This document shows, one piece after another, positions 40,378-50,614 of a stretch of DNA of 64,000 nucleotides. This DNA is from Eutreptiella sp. 'Long Island Sound 2002' (taxonomy: Eukaryota > Protista > Euglenida). The position numbers and the translations under genes are program-made. Under the pieces are notes generated by a model. That model did not search any database. It was not told where the DNA came from and saw only the letters and a list, made by a program, of their open reading frames with translations. Numbering within the stretch: position 1 is the first letter of the stretch; every line of letters begins with the position of its first letter. The DNA is taken from positions 16,864,001-16,928,000 of the forward strand of contig OZ038378.1 of assembly GCA_964036045.1 (NCBI GenBank), given 5' to 3'.

Positions 40378-42249
40378 GTGCCGCATTCACGCCCAGTGCC
40401 CAGACGGCAAGACCAATGGGGCGACGTCGATTACTGGACCACACTTCAAATGATTGGATGTCCCGTGGGCACCATGCTCGATGCCTCCGGTGCGTATCGG
40501 CCTGAATGGCAGGAGCGCATTCAGGACTGGAGGATGCACACCGATGAGACCGTGCTGCGGCTTATGGAGGACGTCTGCTTCCGTACCAAGAACGGCAATG
40601 CCGAAGCCAACACCGTGGAGCTCTGCTGCGGGTCCCTGCCATGCCAACCTTCGGCAGCCTCTCTCCCGTGTCAGCAGGGCAGAGCCCTGGCGATCACAGG
40701 TGTGGGCCCTGGTGCAGTCACCCACCCACTCGCATCAAAGCCGACACTCACACTCGGGCATCCCCCAAAGTTCACGACCAGGGGCTTTGTACAGGGGGCA
40801 GGACTGCGTTTTCGTCAAGGGAACTCTAGACACGTAAACCACCGGCAGTTGGCCGGGCAACACGCCTCATTTCTTTGTCTGTGTCGGGGAGAGTTCTGCT
40901 CGCCACTGATTAACTGGTGCATTGTTGGGGGGGTCCTCAAAATATCAGATCTGCACCCGTGGTTCCATGGTTTGCCAGACTGGGGCTGCGAAGTGATCGG
41001 AGAGTGTGACTGCTCTGGGCAGTTCAACAATGTCACACCAGCCTCCGTCATGTCCGATCTAGGTGCATCAGTTAAATGGTTAGCAGCGAGGCGTCGCTGG
41101 AACGCCCAGGAACTGGTTTGGTCAATCCACAGGGATAACAAAAAACTGGATCGTGCGGGCAAAGGGACGTCGAGCCGTTTCCACTACATCGCACACAGGG
41201 ACCTCGAGAATCTGGTATACTTCTCCCTCCTCACAGACACATACACACAAGCATCGGGTCAAATATGGTCACGCACGGGTGCAATACCGATGGGCGGACC
41301 ATTCAGCGCGCAAAGCGCCGATTTGCGTTCAGTATGGGGCGCCAAGACCAGGGTTGACCTTATGCGTAGACTCGGGAACCTTTCCTTCTCTCCCCGCGGA
41401 CACCCGCTGTGGTCGACACCACGGGGAAACACCATTTCGTTAGCACAGTTCCGAGATAATGTGGTAGTGGGTGCACGTGGGCCCACAGCCAAAAGCGAAA
41501 TGCAGCAGGTATGCAACACCCTGTCAGAGGTGTGGACCCTCCCTGTCTTGTGTGACTGCATGACGGTCGACAACAGGAGTTGCAAGGGGACATGCATGAG
41601 CATGAGCTTAACTGCCATGGGCATGACCACACACCTCAAAGGAACACACCCACCACTTATTTATGCACAGCCTGCGGGCCTGACATCAGACTGGCACCTG
41701 AAATACACCGTAACCATGCAAACACCGACAACACATGCCCATAAGCATATTTCTGGTATCATTGTTAGTGCAGTTTTAAATGTGCATCCCTTCCTTCACA
41801 CCTGGCTGGGTTGCCTGCTGAGCCTCACATCCTGGTCGCAGCTGGCTATACTATCAGGGTACAGCAGAAGTACTGTTTTGCGCGCACTGCACTCGGCGGT
41901 GCCACGCGTCATCAGCAGGACACCATGGGACGTTGACAGCACACTCCAATGGTGCTGCCATGCCACGTATATTTTACCGTGCACACGAGATACCCTATTT
42001 TTCAGGCTACACAGATGGCTACAGGGCCAGACAGTTTGGTCTGACCAGGCATATGCCTCGTGGCACATGCCACATGCTGGGCCGTGCAGCCAGTTTTGCG
42101 CCGACTGGTGCCATGATTTTCCCATCCTCTCTTACCTTACCCCATTGCTGGATCCGTCGACATCAATCCGTTTGGGGCCTCGGCCCCGGGGGGAGGGGTC
42201 TCTGGCGTTTCCCGTTGTATGTGAACTCAGTGACAGGTTGACTGATTGA
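40378..42249 (+). mobile_element. Penelope-like element reverse transcriptase ORF (623 aa), intronic
   Basis: Motif A ECDCSGQFNNV, motif B' GAIPMGGPFSAQSADL, motif C QFRDNVVV, and PLE-type thumb segments HKHISGIIVS and LSGYSRSTV. No C-terminal GIY-YIG domain is visible. Confidence 0.8.
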
Positions 42250-42355
42250 TCCGGTGAGGCCTGCATAGCGATGGTCTTGTACGTACCGCCGCGTCCTCAC
42301 TGCAGTTCGCTTTTTCAGTGGTCCGTCCACTGGCATCTTTGCGTCCTTGTTGACA

Positions 42356-42390
42356 GAAAGGTACCTATGGTCTTATAGGCCACTGACGAG
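42356..42390 (+). ncRNA. Hammerhead-ribozyme-like motif (type II order; helix II not found)
   Basis: GAAA, palindromic helix III AGGTACCT, CUA cleavage triplet, helix I TGGTC/GGCCA, then CUGACGA. Lies about 110 nt after the PLE stop codon. Confidence 0.4.
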
Positions 42391-43460
42391 CCACATTTCT
42401 TTCTGCGCTTTGTGCTGATCGCGTCTTGTGCTCACGCACCATAGCCCAGAGTTCCTTCGGGGGTCAGGCTCAGAGGGTATCCTGAGGCCCGCCCATCCCC
42501 CCCCCACCGCTTCGAGGATGGGCAAAAAGTTGAGCACCGCTGGACCCAGACCTCCCGATGAGGACGCCCCGAATGTTTCTGCGGGGCCCAATATCCCTGT
42601 ACTCCTCCTCCATCTGTGTGCATCCGCAAAATGCTCAAATGTGTCCGAGGGATTGAAACCCGGATGGAAACCGTATCAAAAGTTGCGTCATCACCCCCCT
42701 GCCCATCCCCCTGCAACCGCCCATCGTCCATCTACCCAAACCCCCTGCAAGCAACCACCCATCCCTGGCAGCCACTACACGTGCCCCGACGCCCCCTACC
42801 CATCCCCCCCACCAGACTGTGTTCACAAGGAACCACTTCTTAGGAGTCTCTGGGGGGGTCCCGCGAGGGGCCGCCCAGTCAAGTTCGATTTCCTCCACGC
42901 CAACAGTGTTGCGCTGTGGGGGGGCCTCAGGGCCAGAGGGAACCGCCCCCCCCTCATATGACCACAGCCCCCCCCCCCCCCCGACAGCCCCGCCTCAGGA
43001 TTGATGCGGGGATCAGTTTGAGGCAGGGATGTCAACCCCCTTGGCCAATGCCCCCCCACCCCAGGTGGGAGGGATGAACGACACGGTGGTAGCGTGCCCT
43101 TTTTGGGGGGATTGCCTCGTCGGCCCCGAACGTGAAATCGCCGCCGGCCGCTCGTCAGAGGCCCCGAACGCATGAACATGTACCCCTCGCTTCAGAGGAG
43201 GGCACAATGGATGTCGAACAGTCTGTCCAACGGCGGGACAAACGCCTCCCCCCCCCCCCCCCCGACCCCCCGGGAAGTACCCCTGACTGGCATGCCACTC
43301 GCATGGGGTGCGGGACGGGAGGATGTGTGATGACTCAGTGTGCGTCAGTCGCCAATGAAATCATGCGAAGGGGGCAGACCATACCCGGAGCCAACACTCA
43401 AGCACGTGACGTCACTGCCCCCCTGCGGCATCGCTGGAGCATTCTGCACTCATTCGCCAG

Positions 43461-43756
43461 GCTGCCATCCCATGATGCTGACTGCCACCCTCATGGAAGC
43501 GGGCTCATGGACAGCGTTGGAGGTGTACATCGCTTCTGGCATCACAAATGCGTCACACTACTGGATCCGAGTCTCCGACGGCGCTGGGCAAGTCCACCCC
43601 CTGTTCCATTTCCCGAGTGGTGCCTGGCCGGCCGGGACCTTTATCTATTTGGCCTCCGATCCCAGTGCCTTCAAAACGGACTTTGGGTTTGACCCACACT
43701 ACTCTCTGAAGCATACAGCCTGGAATGGATCGCTGAGCTCTGCAACCGCAGTGCAG
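43461..43756 (+). CDS. Large surface protein gene, exon 3 (bacterial-type lamin-tail-like domain, first half)
   Basis: ALEVY...YWI...FHFPSGAWPAGTFIYLASDPSAFKTDFGFDPHY...NG resembles the bacterial LTD-like extracellular module. Acceptor TTCGCCAG, donor GTACCC. Confidence 0.8.
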
Positions 43757-43949
43757 GTACCCAAGGGACTAGCTCCCCGTCCCCTGCTACATGTTCGGAC
43801 GCAACACCATATTACTCCACACATCCCCCCCCCCCCATCCTCTGTGATATGAGCCCCACACCACGCTGCTGCCTCTGTGACATTTCTGGGCCACCCTCTC
43901 CCTGACAAGGGGTTGGTCTTGCCCTGGCCCCCTCTTAGAAATAGAGAAA

Positions 43950-46070
43950 ATGTGACGACGGGCCTCAGGGTCGCCCATGCACCACAAGGACGGGGTCAGA
44001 GAATGTGGGTTACGGCAGCTGTCAATGTTGCACCAAGGATGTGCCTCCCACACTGGCAGTAGCACCTGCATGCTGACCGCCTCATGCCTGTGCATGGAGG
44101 ATGCTTGATGGAGACGTGCTTGTCACCCTGGGACAGGGGGCTGGACTCTTCACTCCAGCAGGTAGCCCTTGTGGCCAAGCAGCTTTGCGCAACAACTGTC
44201 GCGTATCAGTTTATATCGGCTGGCGCACAAGTCCATGGGTGGTGTGTGCAGTGCAGGATGGGGGTCGGAGGATAATTTTCTTCTGGGTCACCGCATGGGT
44301 GTGGCATTGCTGCGAATCTCCTGTCGCAACGGACCCGCGGAAATGCACCGTCTCTGCTGTGTGTGCTTCAATGCAGCTAGGGATACACAGCCACTGGGCT
44401 GGGTGAGGGTGTGCCCTGCGGGATATGTAGACAACACACAAGTCATCATGACCACAACCAGAGACTGCAAGGCTGTTCTGCATCGGATGGTGGTGTGGGT
44501 GGTGGACACCGGCCGAGACGGCAATGCTGGGAAGTTCAACTAGTGGCCGCTGTACTAGACCCAAGAGGGAGGGGTAACTCTTTTTAGGGGGTGCCCTTCC
44601 CCCTCTCTGCGGTTTTCACGCACCCGGGCATGAGGCGGTGCCGAGACACAAGGGGTTGCACCAAATGGTTGCCTCAAATGGGTTGTCTAGCACCGGATTG
44701 GGTGCCTCCTGGAGCTCAGGTAGTCGGCAATCTCAATGGGGGCGATGGCAAGCCATGGGGACAAGTCAGGTAGCCCAAAGGGGTGGCGCGGTCACACATG
44801 AGGGATAAGGACACGCATGCGCGCTGGGGGGCTTGGGGTTCTAGGCGTGGATCCTAGGGCAGCCAGCACCACACTGTGCCACACTGTGCAATCGAGCACA
44901 ACGGGCAGTCCCATACCATACAGACCCACGTCTCTGCGTGTCCTTTGTAAATTGGCATAGTAGGTCGCGCAAAATGTTGCGTTGTACAGCAATGCTAGGG
45001 CACGAGTATTAGTTTGCATGGGTGGCTCTATGGCCTCAGTGGGAAGTCGGGGAGGCCTCCCAAAGGCATGGCCCCCTGCAGCACACAATTTTTGGCTTAA
45101 GTGCAAGGCCCTGGATGCCCATATGACCAACTACGTCAGGTTCCACAGCCGCCGCCCCACAACACTAGCACACAGTGCCAATGGCAATGGGCGTCACTAG
45201 GCTAGCCCAAGGACACCCTTTTCAGGCCCCAGTCCACTGGGCATCCAAGTTGCTATGGGGCCAGGCAGCGGCCCGATAACCTGACTGAGTCGGCCTCCAT
45301 GTTCCATGAAGTGTGGGTCTTGCCAACAGAGCGAGGTAAATCCAAGATACCAATCCAAGTACTGCTGCTGCAGGATGTGCTCAGATTTCATCTAGTTGTA
45401 GGAGTTGCTACACCCAGGCTACCTACCAAAGGGCCACCTTATCTATTATGCATGTGTCTCATTCCCTTGGGGGGTTTCAGGTGCATGGGTCGCCTAGAGT
45501 GCCCATATTTCTCCGAGCTGACAAATGTGCAGTAGCACAGCATGTAGCAAGACATTTTTTTTTCGTGAATTTCGACAATTTCGTGACCAACAAATTTCCG
45601 TGGATGATGGTCAGGGCACACTGTTTAGCTTGCACAAGGCGGTTCAATGCTTGCAGCCGTGTCCAGGTAGGCCTCAAGTCCTCTCTCTGTGCTAGCGGTG
45701 GGGCAACCATGCAGCTTATGGCAGGTGATAGGCTTCACATGGACACTTTGTGAGGCCCACTAGCTGATGACCTGCCTTGTGTGGATAGCCCGCTACGGCA
45801 GCCAAGGGCAGCTAGGCCCCCACATGACCTAGGAGCACAGCCAGTGGCCACTCTTGGTTGGCCCCAGCATGGATTTCTTCAGCACTACAGCCAAAGCGGC
45901 GGTGCCAGGAGCCATCATGTGGGTTGGCAGGAGACTTGCCGCCTCCACACCTTTGGAGCCCAGCTACTCACGACAATTAATTGTGCAGTTTGCCCTCCAT
46001 ACAAGAGGACAACATTAGCCCCAGCCCCCCTACATCAATTTCTATTGTTCTCCCGAGCCCCCTAAGATTG
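43950..46070 (-). mobile_element. Decayed LINE remnant related to the 58-59 kb element
   Basis: Minus-strand fragments such as PSCTAH..GLV parallel PSLRTAHMGLV of the 58.3 kb copy. Many stops and frameshifts. Confidence 0.4.
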
Positions 46071-46455
46071 TGAAGGATGAGGAACGGCAAGGGGGTACCA
46101 GGCAGAGAGCCTGTTGGGGGGAGGTCTGCTAGAGGCTAGATGCGGTTGGTGAGGTTGGATGCTGTTGGTGCATCTCGGTCCCTTTGCGGGTCCAGCCTTG
46201 TGGTAGAGGATGCAGGTCCTGGCACAAAGGTAGCATTGTCAGTGGCGTCATGCCGGTACACAACAAATATCACAAATACCCGCAAATATCCTTGTACCTT
46301 GACAATTCGTGAGACCTTTTTTGAGTGTTGGTTGTAAATCTCAAGGTGCAATTCTAAGCGAGGGCCAGAAAGTTGCATGGGCCAAAAAAAATCTCATACA
46401 TTTGGTGTAGCACACCGCTTGGAAAACTGAAGGCGTCCGCCGCTGCGATATAGTG

Positions 46456-46678
46456 CTTGGAAATTTTGATGGGTGGGGATGGTTGGGAAAAGTGCTTGCG
46501 TGGTTGCAGCGAAGTTGCTGGCTGGGCTGGGCTCGGATTGGTGCTTGGAAAAGGGGCGTGGGGGGGAGGTTGGAAAAAGCACTTGGAAATTTTGATGCGC
46601 TGGGGTGGATGGGAAAAGTGCTTGCAAGGTTGCATGCGAGGTTGGCGGGTGGGCTGGGCTGGGATTGGTGCTTGGAAA
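46456..46678. repeat. Tandem duplication of about 126 bp
   Basis: CTTGGAAATTTTGATG...GGAAAAGTGCTTGC...GGATTGGTGCTTGGAAA begins at 46456 and again at 46582. Confidence 0.85.
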
Positions 46679-47630
46679 TTGCCTACGGTCCATGCAAGGA
46701 AAAAGAGTTCGAGGTGTTCCTACCAAGAAGTGCAAAGTAGTTCCAACAATGCCACGGCACACCATCACGTGGAAGCGATTGTTGTCTCCATGGGCCAGTT
46801 AAAAAAGTTGGTTGTGAATACCAGAGAAGAGATGTAGCAATACCACTGACCAAATATATATTTTATGGGAAGCATATTTGTTACATGTGGTGCACAGTGC
46901 CAGGGCAGTCTGTCCGTGGGTTTTTCCTGGGTGTTGCCATATGCCCCACAGCCCACCCCCCCCCCCCCCGGCCCAAAAGGGGGAGCGGCCAAGGCCGGGG
47001 CAGCCCCTGACATTGGGCAATACCCACTGGACAACACACACGTGCCCCTTACCTACCGTCCGAAGCACAACAGAGGGGCAGGAACTGGTAGACCCAGGAC
47101 ATGAGCCTGAACGGTTGGCTGGGCAACAGCAACGGTCTGTGGAACCCTCACCTCAGATGTCGCTGCAATGGGGAGCCGGGGGGGGGGGGGGGGGGGCTAC
47201 ATGGACCTCTGCCAGCCCATCCACCCAGCCGCCCACCCCACAAAACTTTGTCTCAAAATCACCCGAGCTTTGAACTCTCTTTTTCTTCCGCCTCCGACCC
47301 CCCTCCTTCCCCAGACACACTGTGTGTGGTGATGACCATGCGCCTGTGACACGGGGGCGTATGCGAGCCCAGTATCCGTTGCCTCATGGCCCAGACACAT
47401 GGACGACCACGTTCCTGCACAGCCCATAGGGACAGCCACTGCTGTGGGCACGCCCCTGACAGCCACATGGACTACCCCGCGCTCCCTGGGAGCCTGTAGT
47501 GTTCTCAAACCGCCACCGGTCGCTATCCCTTACCCTCCTGCCGCGTTCAGTAAAGCGCCCCCCTTTGTAATGCACCTGTGATTGTTGGACCAGCTGCCCA
47601 GGCTCGGCCTCTGCCCTGTGGTACGTGCAG

Positions 47631-47897
47631 GTGCTTTTTGGGACGACTGTCCTCGACGTGTAGCGTCCGCCTCGGGGCCCTGCTTGGGGCGTGGGTGCGC
47701 ACTGGGTATATCGCGCCAATGGCACGGGGCCCGACGGCCGAGCCTTCCAAGACTTGCATTGGGTGCGGGGGCCTGGGGGCCCAGGCACGTACGTGCCGCG
47801 AGGACACTGGTCTGAGGCGGATTGCCGGAGCTGTGCCGAGGGGTGGTTTGGCCCCGAGTGCGAGCAGAAGTGCACAAACGGTCACACACGTGGGAAG
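47631..47897 (+). CDS. Large surface protein gene, exon 4 (end of LTD-like domain, start of EGF repeats); in-frame TAG at 47661-47663
   Basis: VLFGTTVLDV*RPPRGPAWGVGAHWVYRANGTGPDGRAFQDLHW...GHWSEADCRSCAEGWFGPECEQKCTNGHTRGK. Phase 0 at both ends. Confidence 0.75.
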
Positions 47898-49883
47898 GTG
47901 TGGCCGTGGATGCTTGCTGGTTGTGTGTTGTGTGCACACCTCCGTGGGGGTGGGCCCCTGCCTGCGTGGTGTCCGGGACGTTGATGGGGAAGGAAGAGCT
48001 GCATGCGCACACCGCCGAGGGGCGTGCCATCCGCCGCGCCGTGAGCTTCATCGTGAGCCTTGCTCATGAGGAAGCACTGCCGGACCACTTTGGGCCAATG
48101 AGTATTCAAGCCCGGTGTGGCCAAGGGACAGCGCAGTGCCTGGGCGTGGGCACCCCTGCCCGCGGTTTGTACGTGGAACTTCCGGGCGTTGATCGCGGGC
48201 TCATCATGTGCTCCCTCACCCTGGGGGATCGGACCGGGCAATCCTGAGCTGATGGCCACGACACTTCCACGCGACCCTCGCCTCCAACGCTGTGCCCATG
48301 GGGCAGAGACGTGTGGGACTCCTGTTGAAATGTGCAGTTTGCGTCTTCTACAACGTGCCGCACTACCGCCGTTAGGGACGGTGATGAAGGTGGTGTAGCA
48401 GGGCTGCCAAGTGCATTGGGCACGCCTGACCAATTTGCGGCGCACGGCCCGCAAAAGCCAGTCACACAAAAGACACTGCACTGGGCACTGCTTGCACCCC
48501 ACGGTACCCAACCCGCCTCTGTGGAACACCCCCCCCCCCCCCTTCACGGGGTGTAGGTGCACAACAGACCTCCCAACACCTGCTCACAAAGCGACACCGC
48601 AGTGTTCACTCAGGCCTGCAGGAGCAAGCCGCTCTGAAGCGCAAGCTCAAGGCCGAGGCCATGATCCAGTGCTGAAGGTGCAGGCGCTGGAGGAGCGGTG
48701 TGCCGGCGGCACCAAGACACACATATTCCTAGCCACAAGAGGGGGGGGCAAGGAGCCACAAGGGGTGTTGCGGATGCATTGCTCAGAAATGTAGTCATTA
48801 CCACCGGCATTTTTCAGTAGCCCCGGTGCAGGACCGGCCCCAGAAGCATGTGCGAGTGACGGGCATCCATGTGGGTGGGTCGGGTGCATGTGTGGGCGGG
48901 GGAAGGAGGGGGGCATGTTTCGGAGCACGAGTCCCAGGGCAGCCCGAAAATTGCTTTGCGGGGGGGGGATGGCATGGGCGCCCGGCGAAGGAGGGGGGGG
49001 GGGTTCCAGAAATGGGCTTCCGTGCCGGGCCCTTTGTTTTGTGTAAGGACGGTTGTTGCCACTAAAGGCGCCGGAACACAAATTTTGGCCCGGAAAATTT
49101 TTTCACTCAAAAATTTTCCCCCACATATGTGTAGTCAAAATGATCAGCGCGACGTGGGGATCATTTTGAGCCATACTTGTTGGGGTCGGACCCCCCCCCC
49201 CCCGGCACGGCAGGTAGGGCAGCCCCAGCCCAAACCCCCCTTCCGGCACGGCGACCAAGGAGGGGGAGGGGGGGGTTGGGCAAATGGGCTTCCGTGCAAT
49301 CCCCCCCCTGCAAAGCAATTTTCTTCCCGCCCAGTTCCGAGTACCACTCGCCGACACGTGCAGACCGGAAGTCAGTGGGGAGGCCTTTGGGTCTCTACAA
49401 TGGCGAAGGTCACTCTAGGGAGGCCTTTGGGTCTTCAGTAGGCTTTCAGTAGGCTTTTAGTGGGCTTTCAGTGCTTTCAGGCTTTCAGTAGACCTTCAGT
49501 AGCCTTTCAGTCGCCTTTCAGTAGGCTTTCAGTCGCCTTTCAGTGGGCTTTTAGTGGGCTTTGAGTGTCTTCAGGCTTTCAGTGTGCTTTCGATGCGCTT
49601 TCAGTAGGCTTTAAGGAGGGTTTTGGTGCTTTCAGGCTTTCAGTAGACTTTCAGTCAGCTTTCAGTAGGCTTTTAGCATGCTTTCAGTGCTTTCACGCTG
49701 TCACTGGGCGGCTAGTACACTTTCAATAGGCTTTTGTTAGCCTTTGGGTTGGCTTTCAGTAGGCTTTCAACGCCTTCAAGCTTTTAGGGGGCTTTTAGTC
49801 GGGTTTTGGTGGCCTTTCAGTGCTTTGAGGCTTGCAGTAGGCTTTTAGTAGGCTTTCGGTAGGCTTTCAGTAGGCTCTCAGTA

Positions 49884-50614
49884 GGGGGCGTACCGTGCGC
49901 TGTGCGCGCGTTGTGCACGCGCTGTGCGCGCGCTGTGCGAAAAGTAGGCCATTCTCCACCACCGGTAGGCAGTTTTTTGGGTGTAGGATTGCCGCAGGGT
50001 ACTATTGCCATTGTCTAGCCTTGTAGCATCAACCCTCCCCCTTCTTGCGTGTATGTACCCTTGCAAACGGGCACCCTGAGGCCGGTATATGGTGATACAT
50101 TCTCAGGGTGTCGGCCGCGGGGCATCATCTTTTGCTCTCATTTCTCAGACCCTCTATTGCATTCACCATGGACTTTAATGCTGGAGATAGGGTGTTCTAC
50201 ACTCGCTCCAATGGGGTGCGAGTTCCTGCCACAGTGGTGGGGTTTGCGCCCGACGGATTAGTCCACTTGGAGTATTTCCGAGACGCGGTGAAGGTGGTGA
50301 ATCGGCAGTGCAAAGTTGAGTCTATCTCCTTTGCCATCCCGAGTGCCGACTCACCGCCCTCATTTCCCGTATCTTGTGACCCATTTCACTGATGCCATGC
50401 CAATCAGTTCTATTGGTGGTACTCTTTCTGATATACTATTCAACCCCAAGTATGCGGGTTGTGTGTAGAAGATTACCGTGGCCGTGGACCACTTGGGTAA
50501 CATTGTGTGGATATGCCCTGTCCTACCCGGCACTAGTGCCGATGTTAAGATATGGGACACCGTAATAACTGGCGCTGTGCGCGCGCTGTGCACGCGCTGT
50601 GCGAAAACGCCCCC
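49884..50614. mobile_element. 731-bp TIR element (PIF/Harbinger-like MITE) inserted in the satellite
   Basis: 8-bp TIR GGGGGCGT/ACGCCCCC, 3-bp TSD GTA, and subterminal CTGTGCGCGCGCTGTGC direct repeats at both ends. Confidence 0.75.
50168..50392 (+). CDS. Small ORF with Tudor/SH3-like fold signature (74 aa) inside the TIR element
   Basis: MDFNAGDRVFYTRSNGVRVPATVVGFAPDGLVHLEYF shows a GDxV...A.V......V...Y beta-barrel pattern. Preceded by a pyrimidine-rich TTTCTCAG acceptor. Confidence 0.45.
   Translation: MDFNAGDRVFYTRSNGVRVPATVVGFAPDGLVHLEYFRDAVKVVNRQCKVESISFAIPSADSPPSFPVSCDPFH

Noticed and set aside
47661-47663. Stop-codon reassignment as the explanation of the in-frame TAG
   Set aside because: TAG terminates the esterase gene and TGA the SP-RING gene, and the 548-codon exon 6 has no internal stops.
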